The notes under the pieces are model-generated. The model did not search any database. It saw nothing but the letters and a program-made list of their open reading frames with translations, and was not told the origin of the DNA. From contig NC_043022.1 in the NCBI RefSeq assembly GCF_006345805.1, forward strand, positions 15,252,001-15,316,000: a DNA stretch of 64,000 nt. The letters are read 5' to 3'. This DNA comes from Octopus sinensis. Taxonomy: Eukaryota. Below, one piece after another: positions 37,910-50,842 of the stretch (position 1 is its first letter; each line of letters opens with the position of its first letter). The translations under genes and the position numbers were made by a program.

Positions 37910-39663
37910 TATATAAGTAGTTAGAGCGGCAGGTAGACAGACAAACAGGTAGACATAGAAGAGTAGATAGACAAATAGGCATACATGGATCGAGAGATAG
38001 GTAGATATGGATGGCTAGATAGACAGGAAGGACATAGGTGAATGGATCAATAGCTTCAAATGGACTCAGCTATGCATACCTGGTTCCTGTCCAACACCTG
38101 GTGACGATAGAGTAATGCTAGAGGACAGAAATACAGTTAAGTTTGGACACCTGATATATATACTGACGGAGGTTGATATCTATCCAAATCAATAACACTG
38201 ATGAATAAACTACCTCAAGAACCACAACAGCATCAATGACCTCGATTTCTTTGGATCAGACATGAAGACAATTTCTGTTGTGGAGAGAGAGGGTGGGGAA
38301 ACTTTTGAGTGAAGCCAAATACACGGTTTATTGCTTGCAATTATTACCATCCAAGGAGAGAGAGAGAGAGAGAGAGGGGTAGGGAGAGGGAGCAAAAACT
38401 GCATGGTCCACTGGGTCAGGGTTTATCTGTGGTTTCCCATGAATTAAACAGATTATTGTCCTTCTATCTTGGTGAGAGTTGACAATCTAGCAGAGAAACG
38501 TCCCCGGGTCTGAAAAAGCCAGTGAAACACCACTGATTCCACAGCTTCAATCTCACTTTCTTTCTTTATTATTATTATTAAGTGAGAGAGCAGTTCATGC
38601 CATCAAAGTGACACTGGGGTAAAATATATGAAGCCCAATATACCCATCATGACTACCCGTCTGATAAGAGTACACTAGGCACATGCATCACAACCATATG
38701 TGCACGACATGGTGATCTCATATCAAGATAAACAGTGCATGACCTTGTAGGTGGGGCCCAATTAGAATTTTCTTCAGGTCGAGTAACCCATCCCGCTCAA
38801 AAGGTCCCTGAATAAGGGTTGTTTAAGAATGTTGAAAGAACCACTTATGTTTCCAGAGGTGAATTATCCAAACCCCAAAGAATCCCTCTCAACACATGGC
38901 TATGATGCTCCCCCACTACTTCTGCTTGTGATCAGAGATGCACATATCGTCAGACACTAAGGGACATGCTCAACTGGTTAAGGTCAAACAACTGACAAGC
39001 AAATCTGTGGTATTGAGCAGAATATTTGCTGTACCCCATCTTTTATTATTATTATACAGGGTGATTCAAAAGTCACCATACATAGAACTTTATTTTTTTA
39101 TAAGAAACATTTAAATAAAAAAAAACTGTTTCTTATAAAAAAAAAAATTGTTCTGGGTTTGAACACAAAAACGTAAGATATCAAATCAAATAAGATATAC
39201 ATTTATAAAGCATTTATTGAGGTTTCATAGTCCCAACCATGACCTTCACATTGATTACAACCTGACACAGTTGAAGGTCAATCATTCACAAGGAGTTGAG
39301 TGCGGGAGTACAGCTGAAAGGATGAACAGCTGAAAGTGTACGACTGGTATACATTTAGTTGGTTTTTACTCACCCCAGGAGGTGGAGTGGGGGGTGGAGG
39401 GGGTTATGGAAGATAAAGTTGATCGAAACAGGATTTGAACTTAGAACTGTGACAAAATAACTGCAGTAACAACAATATCAACAACAACAACAACAACAAA
39501 GCTAATGAGAGTCGTTAATGTAAACTGTAATTATTTCAAAGATAAAACCAATTGTTAATTAATGAAATGAGGTGTGAAACAGTTCCTCTGTTGAAATCGT
39601 TGTGTAATTATCTGAGCGGAAGACAGGTAATTCTAGATGTCCGATGTATTTTAAAGTTAAACA

Positions 39664-40076
39664 TAGGCGTAGGAGTGGCTGTGTGGTAAGTAGCTTGCTT
39701 ACCAACCACATGGTTCCGGGTTCAGTCCCACTGCATGACACCTTGGGCAAGTGTCTTCTACTATGGCCTCGGGCTGACCAATGCCTTGTGAGTGGATTTG
39801 GTAGATGGAAACTGAAAGAAGCCTGTCGTATATATGTATATATATATATGTGTGTGCATGTGTGTTTGTGTGTCTGTGTTTGTCCCCCTAGCATTGCTTG
39901 ACAACCGATGCTGGTGTGTTTACGTCCCTGTCACTTAGCGGTTCGGCAAAAGAGACCGATAGAATAAGTACTGGGCTTACAAAAGAATAAGTCCCGGGGT
40001 CGAGTTGCTCGATTAAAGGCGGTGCTGCAGCATGGCCACAGTCAAATGACTGAATCAAGTAAAAGAGTAAAAGAGT
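39664..40076 (+). mobile_element. SINE family A
   Basis: Full-length match. Confidence 0.88.
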
Positions 40077-40778
40077 ATCGTTCAGTAGGAAAGTGTTGGG
40101 TTTCACTTCAACAAAGTCGGAACGGAGAGCAAGCAGCCTGAGAGTCAGGCAGATCCAGAAGTTGTCACCACGGAAGTTGCTAATGAAAACAAGGCTGTAT
40201 AGTCTTTCATTCTCTTACTTGTTTCAGACATTTGACTACAGCCATGCTGGAGCACCACATTTATGCATGAAAATTATAAAGCTCTCTGGATGGATGGATG
40301 GATGGATGGATGGATCTGCCTTTCAGCTCCTGACCCTCGTCGTGTTAACATCGTTGTTTTTCGTCCGCCGCTATAAAGGCTTCTTCCAATGCGCCAGAGA
40401 AAAAATTTGTTTGCTTGTTATCAGTCGTAAGACACTTGTTGTTTTCACCGTTAATGCTTCTGTATTTCATGTTTCTGTATTCCATTATTGTTTTTTGTTT
40501 TTTTTATATCTGTCCCCTTTTGCTGTCCTGGTGTTCGTATGCATTCGATCCTTCTTCCAGGAAATCTACGCTTCCAGCTTAGTTTTTCTAATGCTCGTTG
40601 CTTAGTTTTTCTTGGAGGGCTGGCCGTGATCTAGTAATCTCAAGATTAATCAGCCGAAATTACTACGATGATCCGGTTCTTGACTGAAGACTGAGGGGTT
40701 CGAATGTCCTGTCCATGTTTATTGTGTCGTCTTCTAAGAGTTATACGTTCTTGTCCATGTTGTATTTTTCTACATACC

Positions 40779-40828
<50 letters not shown>

Positions 40829-41590
40829 TGCAATGGCCCAGTGGTTAGGGCAGCGGACTTGCGGTTGTAGGATCGCAGTTTCGATTCCCAGACCGTGCGT
40901 TGTGAGTGTTTATTGAGCAAAAACACCTAAAAAGCTCCACAAGGCTCCGGCAGGGAGTAGTGATCCCTGCTGTACTCTTTCACCACTCTTTCTACCACTC
41001 TTTCTTCTGTTGGCCTGCTCGCTTAGCCAGTGGGGTGGCGTCATTTGAAGGCTAAAACAATGCGAATGCATTGTGACCAGCGATGTGTAACAACATCTGA
41101 TGGTCTGGTCGGTCACGTGATCACGTGATAGATATATATATATATATATACATACATACATATATATATATATACAGTGGGAAATAAACATTCGTACATG
41201 TCAAAATTCTTTATTTATTTAATTTCTAATGACCATAAATGGGATATACCAATACTATATTTGCATACACATGCATAAACTAAGAATATGCAAAAGAAAC
41301 TAATAAATTATAGTAACTAAGGAATTTATATACAATTGTAAATATTTAGGGGTGAAAAAAGTATTCGTACAGAATAAATTTATGATTTTCTATGCCACAA
41401 AATACTGTTAAAATGATATTTTTTAAATTAGAACTTTCTCATTTGTTCCAATAATCTTATCAGTTGTCATTTTTAAGTGTCAAAACAAAAAACAGTAAAT
41501 GAGTGGAAATCAAACCAGTGAGTGTGTTGAGTAATAAAGCACTAAAAGAGAATGACCCTCCCCAGACACAACAGAACAAAAAGTGCTTAC

Positions 41591-41680
41591 CATGTATGGT
41601 AAGTTCTGAGTCCTTGTTGAGTTCGTGAAGTCTGACAGCTTCATTCAGCTCCACCTGGCAGGATAAAATACACGGATCAC
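41591..41680 (-). CDS. aPKC: aPKC PB1 exon (90 nt): [30 protein letters not shown]
   Basis: tttcag acceptor, G|gtaagc donor, GDPC...ELNKDSEL motif. Confidence 0.96.
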
Positions 41681-43214
41681 CTGAAACAGATTCAAACACA
41701 ATCGTAAGAACAATGTGACTCAATACTTATAAAGATATTTAATTAGAGGTTATGTTAACCTCATGAAGGGATGGTTTCATGCAAGGAAAAAACTGGTTCA
41801 ATACCTAGTATTTTGGGGGAATGAATTCATCATCATTTAGCGTCCGCTTTCCATGCTAGCATGGGTTGGACGGTTCAACTGGGATCTGTGAAGCCAGAAG
41901 GCTGCATCAGGCCTAGTCTGATCTGGCAGTGTTTCTACGGCTGGATGCCCTTCCTAACGCCAACCACTCCGTGAGTGTAGTGGGTGCTTTTTACGTGCCA
42001 CCCGCACAGGTGCCAGACGGAGCTGGAAAACGGCCACGGACGGATGGTGCTTTTTACGTGCCACTGGCACGGGGGCCAGGCAAGACTGGCAACGGCCACG
42101 ATCGGATGGTGCTTTTTACGTGTCACCGGCACGGGGGCCGTACACATTCTGCTATAATGAATATATAAACACATATAGAATATCCAAGGGTATATTCTTT
42201 TCCCCCTCTGAAGATATTACGCTCAGGTCATACAAATATAAATTCTGACTGCTTCTTTTTTTTTTCTCTGTATACAATATCTGTCCACCACTTCAAACAC
42301 TCTATACAAACATACACACACATATATATATATACTCAGTAAAAATTTAGATTCAGTTGAATATGGTACTTAAGTTAAAGGCACCAGAATTTGGTATGGT
42401 ATTATCCATATAATTCAAAATGGAGTGATTACAATCAAAATAAGCAACAAGGATATCATCCAGAGGTAATGCAGTACGATCGTTTTATGCGACTTCATTT
42501 AATTGAACAATGCAAGTATTACATCAGTTTTAAAATGTTGAGCAATCTTCAGCTGCATATAGATATAGAATTTAGTTACATTGAAAAGATTAATTTTTAT
42601 AGTTATTCCATTTACCAACATATATATATATAAATACACACACACACACACACACACACACCATGGGCTGCTTTCAGTTTGTCAGCCCAAATCTACTGAC
42701 CGGGCTTTGGTTGGCTCAAGGCTATAGCAGAAGACATTTGTCCAAGGTGCCAAATAGTGGGACTGAACCTGGAACCATGTGGTTGGAAAGCAAACACCCT
42801 CCCACACAACCACTCCTACACCTACAATTGTATGATGTCCTTTCTTTTAAGTTGTCAATTCTTATTCTTTGTTTTATATCGTTGACCGTTCTTTGTCGTT
42901 GACAGATAAGATGTTGCGCGATCTAATTACACAGAACAATTAAAAAAATAAATATTTATCAACAAACTTTAATGATGAAGTTCACAGACATCTTCTTTGA
43001 AGATCAAAAGGGAAACAACACAAACAACAAAAAGAATTTTTAAAAAATAATAAAATAAAATAGAAAAACGTGCAATAAATAAAAACGTCAAACACAGAAC
43101 CAGTGATCAAAGTAAATTAAATTTTAACGAAGACACACAGGTTTTTACAAATTACATTTTTATAGTTTCTTTTGAATAAAAAAAAATTTTGCTAATGAAC
43201 TGCTCTTTAGATTA

Positions 43215-43247
<33 letters not shown>

Positions 43248-43463
43248 TCTTTTATTTGTTTCAGTAATTTGACTGTGGCCATACTGGAGCACGGCCTTTA
43301 CTCGAAGAAATCGACCCCTGAGGAGTTATTCTTTGTAAGCCTAGTACTTACTCTATCAGTTCTTTTGCTGAACCGCTAAGTTACGGGGGTCAATTTGTTT
43401 GACTAAAGGCAGTGCTCCAGCATGGTCACAGTCAGATGACTGAAACAAATAAGAGTAAAAGAG

Positions 43464-43498
<35 letters not shown>

Positions 43499-43968
43499 TC
43501 CACCGTAGTAGTAGTAGTAATATTTATGATGATAAAGATAATAATGGTTCCAAAATTTGCCACAAGGGCAGCAATTTCAAAGAAAGGGCTAAGTCAATTA
43601 CATCAACCCCAGTAAGCAACTGGTACTTAATTTATTGACCCCAAAAGGAAGAAAAGCAAAGTCGGCCTCGGCAGAATTTGAACTTGGAATGTCAAGTCAG
43701 ACGGAATGCCACTAAGCGCTTTGCCCTGCATCCTAACAATTCACGGCCAGCTCGCTGCGTATATTAACAGAGCGAAACTATTCCCCAAAACATAAACTTA
43801 ATAAAAGATATGAACCAGAGTTTATCCACAGAAACATAAAGTCTCTTTTGCTGAACCACTAAGTTACAGGGATGTAAACACACCAGCATCAGTTGTCAAG
43901 TGATGATGGCGAGACAAAACACAGACACAAAGACAGACGAACAGACAAATTTATAGCATGTATTTATA

Positions 43969-43974
<6 letters not shown>

Positions 43975-44010
<36 letters not shown>

Positions 44011-44352
44011 GTGAGAGGAAGAGAGAAAGAGAGAGGAAGAGAGAAAGAGAGAGAGAGTGAGATAGGAAAGAGAGAGAGAGAAAGAGAGAGGAAGAGAGAA
44101 AGAGTGAGATAGAGAGAGTGAGATAGGGAAAGAGAGAGAGAGAGAGGAAGAGAGAAAGAGAGAGAGGAAGAGAGAAAGAGAGAGTGAGATAGAGAAAGAG
44201 AGTGAGATAGGGAAGAGAGAGAGAGAGGAGAGAGAGAGAGAGAAGAGAGAAAGAGAGAGGAAGAGAGAAAGAGAGAGAGAGTGAGAGAGAGAGAGAAAGA
44301 GAGAGAGAGAGGGAGAGAGAAAGAGGGAGAGAGGGAAATAGAGAGTGAGAGA
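43975..44352. repeat. (GA)-rich polypurine tract
   Basis: Direct reading. Confidence 0.95.
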
Positions 44353-44402
44353 GCAACAACATCAACGACAAAAGCGAAATGAAAAGAAGTCAGTGCCCTT
44401 AC

Positions 44403-44524
44403 CTTCCTCATCCACCCATTTCATTGTAAAGGGTTGTTTGGGCTCAAATTTACATATATCCCTGATTTCCTTACGGAGACTCTCATAGGTGATCTTACTG
44501 CCGATGCTGGTCACCAGAATGTTC
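44403..44524 (-). CDS. aPKC: aPKC PB1 exon (122 nt): NILVTSIGSKITYESLRKEIRDICKFEPKQPFTMKWVDEE
   Basis: ttacag acceptor, G|gtaagg donor, FTMKWVDEEG motif. Confidence 0.95.
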
Positions 44525-45139
44525 CTGTAACGAAAATTAAATAAATGAAAATATACAGTGTTTTGGGTGCATTTCATGTGGCACCAACACTAGTGAGGTA
44601 ACCAAGACCATCACAAGACAAAGGCCCCCTCAACTAAAAGGAGTGGTAGAACTGTTGAAGGAGATGGCTTTGTGAGCAGACATGTATCATACAATCTTCC
44701 TTTCACTCAGAGAGAAAGAGAGAGAGAGAGAAACCTTTCTGTCTCTCTCTCTTTTTCGATTACCACTCGCTTCGCCAAGACTTCCTCCACCACCACCCAA
44801 TATAAACTAGTGCATGCACTCGGATTCCCCTACTCGATATTTTTTTTTTTTAATACCTCTGCCAAAAGAATACGTATCCAGAAGATGCTCCTGTCTAAAT
44901 TTGCTAGTTCGCAGTTTGTATTCCTGTGTTTTTCCTCCCCCCTACCACCATCCCTTGACAACCAATGCCTGTATGTTTACGTCTCCATAACTTAGCAGTT
45001 CGACAAAAGAAACCGATAGAATAAGTACTAGGCTTACAAAGAATAAGTCCCAGGGTCAGTTTGCTCAACTAACCCTAACCCAGCATGGCCAGAGTCAAAT
45101 GACTGAAACAAGTAAAAGAATAATATATATATATATGTA

Positions 45140-45193
<54 letters not shown>

Positions 45194-45962
45194 CATACAT
45201 ATATATACATAGATACATACATATCATACACACACATACATATATACCCATATATACACAAATACATACATATATTCACACACATACACATATCTACACA
45301 CAAACATGTATATATACATAAATGTACACATATATACACATATGCATACAAACAGTCCGATGAATGAAGAAGGTTAGCAGGTTGAAACTTCGAAGTCCCA
45401 GTCATCCTCCCTCTTTTTGCAAAAGTATAATAAACAGAGTAAATCATCTTTTACTAAAAGTGCCATCTACTAAAAGACTATTGACCGATTCTTTAGTCTA
45501 ACGTAAAATTGTTTTTAATCATAACACCACAAAAAAACAAGCATTTCTGTGTGTGTGTGTGTGTGTGTATGTACCCTTGTCTTGACATCATGTAACAGTT
45601 GAAAATGAAGGTTACAAATATATATATATATACACACCAGAGTAAGTACATAAATGTGAAACAAGGTGGGGAAAAAATAGTACTCGAATACCGGAGGTAG
45701 AGTGACATGTTTTATTATATGCATAAATATATTTATAAATGCAAACTTAATTATTGTCCCATTCCCAATCACAACTGTCCGACAAACAGGGACATGAAAA
45801 CTCTGAGTTGCAGCTTGTGTGATAGCGTTGTGATGCTTTTGCAGCTTTAATAATAAAGTATATGTACATACACACACACACACACATATATATATACACA
45901 CACAAACACACAAGCATCTACATACACAAACATGTTCGTGTGTGTGTTAGTAAATGAGTGTC

Positions 45963-46118
<156 letters not shown>

Positions 46119-46409
46119 TGTATCTACATGCATACTGTCATATGCATATATATATATATATCTTTTAGTTGTATTTCAATTTCATTACGTTGAGTGTAGT
46201 GCTATTTCTATGTGGAATTATCGTTGGCGACTATACCAGTGGAGCTATTTCTAGCACTAGAGTTAACATATTCAAAGTTGGCTCTCTTATATTTACGGAT
46301 AAATATGTATTTGTCTCACCGGTTTATTGTGCTAGGTCGCTTGGTGTTAAAATAAGGGTATTATTGAATTAATATCTAAAATTTTTTCACCCTCATTATT
46401 GAACATATA

Positions 46410-46443
<34 letters not shown>

Positions 46444-46946
46444 CATGTATCTACATGCACACACTGACACATGCATATATATGTATATAGATTTCTCCTC
46501 ATCAGTTGTGAGTCATAATCACGAAATATTCCACTGCCACCACCCACCTCTGTCGCCTCTCCCTTCCCTATCCCCATCATCAGATAACAACAACAACAAC
46601 AACTGCTGCTCCTACTGAGATTTCTCTCCCCCTGATATCATAAATAAACTACAACAGTATTTGTTTGGTTTTTTTTTTTTTTTTACAAAAACAAAAAAAA
46701 AATTGCATGTGATATCTACATCATATCAAATAAAGAATCTTCAGAATGTCATAAAACATTAAGAGAGAACATAACAATCCAGTTAATTATTTGACAGGAA
46801 TGTGTGTGGAGTGAAGTAAAGAAAATAATTCGGTGGGGGGGGGAGTAGGGGCTGGATGGCGGTGGAAACAAGATTGGCGGATAAGATATATATATATATA
46901 CACACACACATACACATATATACTCCCCACACACACATGCATATAC

Positions 46947-47013
<67 letters not shown>

Positions 47014-47932
47014 GACACTATTATACACATATATAGACACATGGACTGTGAAGTGAAAAAATTTTTTAATATTTAATTGAAATAGGACATCTCTGTTTTC
47101 TTTTAATTTTTCTAAACTATTTCTAATTCTATTGTATATTTTCACCCTTTTTTTACTTGTTTGTTTTGATTATATATATATATATGTGACCTCGTGAGTT
47201 TCGTTGGCAATTTTTTCCCTCTGTCTTCCCTTCTCTGGATCTTTCCTTCTCCTATGTTTCCGACGAAAAGCTCCGCTCAAAACGTTAAACCCACCTTCTT
47301 CCCTTCTTTCCTGAGCGTCCAATAATACTTTATTTGTTCCACGTCCTCGCGTTGTTGTGTTTTTTTGTGTTTTCCTGTTTGGATTAACTTTATATATATA
47401 TATATATATATATATGTCTCACAAAGGCAATGACGAAAGACTGAGACCTCTGGAGATATGCTGTGACTGCGAAGACCCGACAAATAACGTGAGTTCATGT
47501 GCCTTGGATCACAGGACGGCCTGCTGTACTTACCCTGGATCGTAGGGCGACCTGCTGTGCTTGAGGAGACCTATTGAGTCAAGTACATCAAATAATCAAA
47601 TGGAAATTGTAGTTGTGATACCTGTCCCGGTGGCATGTAAAAAGCACCATCCGAATGTGGCCGATGCCAGCGCCACCTTGACTGGCATCCGTGCCAGTGG
47701 CACGTAAAATGCACCAACTGATCGTGGCTGTTTCCAGCCTCCCCTGGCACCTGTGCCGATGGCACGTAAAAGCACCCACTACACTCTTGGAGTGGTTGGC
47801 ATTAGGAAGGGCATCTAGCTATAGAAACCTTGCCAAATCAGATTGGAGCCTGGTGCAGCCTCCTGGCTTGCCAGTTCTCAGTCAAACTGTCCAACCCATG
47901 ACAGCATGGAAACGGATGTTAAACGATGATGA

Positions 47933-47972
<40 letters not shown>

Positions 47973-48543
47973 GCCTCTACTACTACTACTACTATTACAG
48001 CTAAGAAAGGAATTTCTGTGTTGGAATGTTTTCCTACTACAAACAACAGTTTATAGGTGGGAGATGGTGGAGAAGGAGAGTTCCAGGTGCCACAAACGTT
48101 GGATCTGACTAATTTCAGGGTGCGGCTGAACCTACTGACATAATTTGGAGGAGCTAATATAAAGGGAGTTCTGTGGTAGAGTGGGGGGGGGTCAGATGAG
48201 GGTGAAATGGGAGGATGGGTGGGGGAGGCGATTAATTTAAGTGACACAAAAGAATGAGAAAGAGAGGAAGAAAAGGGAGAAAGTTAGAGAAAGAGAGAGA
48301 GAGAATGGAAAGAGAATATAAAGTGAAAAGAGGAAGAGGGGGAGAGAGAGAGAGAAAAGGAAAGGGAATGAAAGAGAGAAAGAGGGTGAACGAATGAATA
48401 TAGGAGAGGGGGAGAGAGAAAGGGAGGGGAGAAGAGGAAAGAAAGAAGTAAGGGAAAACAATGAAGGCTTCATAAACATTGTAGAAAAATAGAAAGAGAA
48501 AGACTGAAAGGTTATAAGGAGTGGAGGGGGGAGGAGGTGAAAT

Positions 48544-48950
48544 ACTCTTTACTCTTTTACTTGTTTCAGTCATTTGACTGCGGCCATGCTGGAGCACCGC
48601 CTTTTAGTCGAGCAACTCGACCCCGGGACTTATTCTTTTGTAAGCCCAGTACTTATTTTATCGGTCTCTTTTGCTGAACCGCTAAGTAACGGAGACGTAA
48701 ACACACCAGCATCGGTTGTCAGGCAATGCTAGGGGGACAAACACAGACACACAAACATATACACACACACACGCATATATATATATACATATATACGACG
48801 GGCTTCTTTCAGTTTCCGTTACCAAATCCACTCACAAGGCTTTGGTTGGCCCGAGGCCAGAGTAGAAGACACTTGCCCAAGGTGCCACGTAGTGGGACTG
48901 AACCTGGAACCATGTGATTGGTAAACAAGCTACTTACCCCACAGCTACTC
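48544..48950 (-). mobile_element. SINE family A
   Basis: Full-length match. Confidence 0.88.
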
Positions 48951-48969
48951 AAAGAAATATTAAAAAATA

Positions 48970-49315
48970 CTGCAGAAGTGGCTGTGTGGTACAAGTCGCT
49001 TGCTTCCCAACCATATGGTTCCCAGTTCAGTCCCACTGCAATGCACCTTGGGTAAGTGTCTACTATAGCTTTGGGCTGATCAAAGCCCTATGAGTGGATT
49101 TCATAGATGGAAACTGAAAGAAGCCCATCATGTATATATATGTATTATGTATTTGTGTGGCTGTGTTTGTCGCCTCCCCCCCATCGCTTGACAACCGATA
49201 TTGGTGTGTTTACATCCCTGTAACTTAGCAGTCTGGCAAAAGAGACCGATAGAATAAGTACTAAAGGTGGTGCTCCAGCATGGCCACAGTCAAATGAGTG
49301 AAACGAATAAAAGAA
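48970..49315 (+). mobile_element. SINE family A (diverged)
   Basis: Match to other copies; head-to-head with the 48544 copy. Confidence 0.8.
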
Positions 49316-49490
49316 TAGAAGCATAAAAGAGAAATAAATAAAAAGAATACAACGGGGAGGGGGGTGGAATAAAAGGGAAAAGATGGAGTGGAGGAGAGAA
49401 AGAGAAGATGGAAAATGATAAGAAAGATAGAAGATAGGAGAGAAAGATGAAAGAGAAGGGGAGGGAGGGAGGTGATAAAGATGGACTCAC

Positions 49491-49561
49491 CCATTGAAAC
49501 CAACTTTCATACGAATTGAGTCATCATCTGGTTCCTGAAGCATAATGGAATTTTGAGAAGT
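49491..49561 (-). CDS. aPKC: aPKC exon (71 nt): TSQNSI-MLQEPDDDSIRMKVGFNG; probable start ATG at 49543-49541; PB1 start
   Basis: tttgcag acceptor, GG|gtgagt donor; phase 2 end joins the next exon (GG|G AAC). RMKVGFNG aligns to the PB1 first strand (RVKAYYRG-type) with the conserved Lys. Confidence 0.85.
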
Positions 49562-49674
49562 CTGCAAAGAAACAAAAATAAAAAAGCCAAGAGATAATGA
49601 ATATTCTTCAGATATTGAACATCATTAGCATAATTCATTAAACAAAAACAATCATATACATATATATACATATA

Positions 49675-50093
49675 TAGGCGCAGAAGTGGCTGTGTGGTAA
49701 GTAGCTTGCTTACCAACCGCATGGTTCCGGGTTCAGTCCCACTGTGTGGCATCTTGGGCAGCTGTCTTCTACTATAGCCTTGGGCCGACCAATGCCTTGT
49801 GAGTGGATTTGGTAGACGGAAACTGAAAGAAGCCCATCGTATATATGTATATATATATATATATGTGTGCGTGTGTGTGTGTGTTTGTGTGTCTGTGTTT
49901 GTCCCACCAGCATTGCTCGACAACCGATGCTGGTGTGTTTATGTCCCCGTTACTTAGCGGTTCGGCAAAAGAGACCGATAGGATAAGTACTGGGCTTACA
50001 AAGAATAAGTCCCGGGATCGAGTTGCTCGACTAAAGGCGGTGCTCCAGCATGGCCACAGTCAAATGACTGAAACAAGTAAAAGAGTAAAAGAG

Positions 50094-50094
<1 letters not shown>
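49675..50094 (+). mobile_element. SINE family A
   Basis: Full-length match. Confidence 0.88.
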
Positions 50095-50124
<30 letters not shown>

Positions 50125-50455
50125 TAAAAAAATACAAAAATGTGACAAGAACACAAAACATCCAAACAGATGATGCAAAAAAAGGGACAACAAAACATCC
50201 AGACAGACGATACAAAGAAAACAAGGATGGGTCATTCGGAGTTTTGTTTTCTCAGTCGAGTTCCAGATTATCTTTGCAATTTCAGCTGGTTATACTCGAG
50301 ATTGCTCCAATCTGGCCAGCCCCAAGGAAAAACAAAGCTAAGAGCATTAGATTCCTTGGAAGAAAGCGGTGAATGTATATGAAAGCAAGGATGGAAAAAA
50401 AGGAGAAATGTTACATAAATACAACTAACAGGACATTAACAATGGGTGTCTTTTG

Positions 50456-50842
50456 AGGCCCAGGAGTGGCTGTGTGGTAAGTAGCTTGCTTACCAACCGC
50501 ATGGTTCTGCGTTCAGTCCCACTGCGTGGCACCTTGGGCAAGTGTCTTCTACTATAGCCACGGGTCGACCAAAGCCTTGTGAGTGGATTTGGTAGATGGA
50601 AACTGAAAGAAGCCCGACATATATATGTATGTGTGTGTGTGTGTGTGTGTGTCTGTGTTTGTCCCCCCAACATCACTTAACAACCAATGCTGGTGTGTTT
50701 ACGTCCCCGTCACTTAGCGCTTCGGCAAAAGAGACTGATAGAATAAGTACTAGGCTTAGAAGGAATAAGTCCGGGGTCGATTTGCTCGACTAAAGGTGGT
50801 GCTCCAGCATGGCTGCAGTCAAAATGACTGAAAAGAGTAAAA
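50456..50842 (+). mobile_element. SINE family A
   Basis: Full-length match. Confidence 0.85.
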
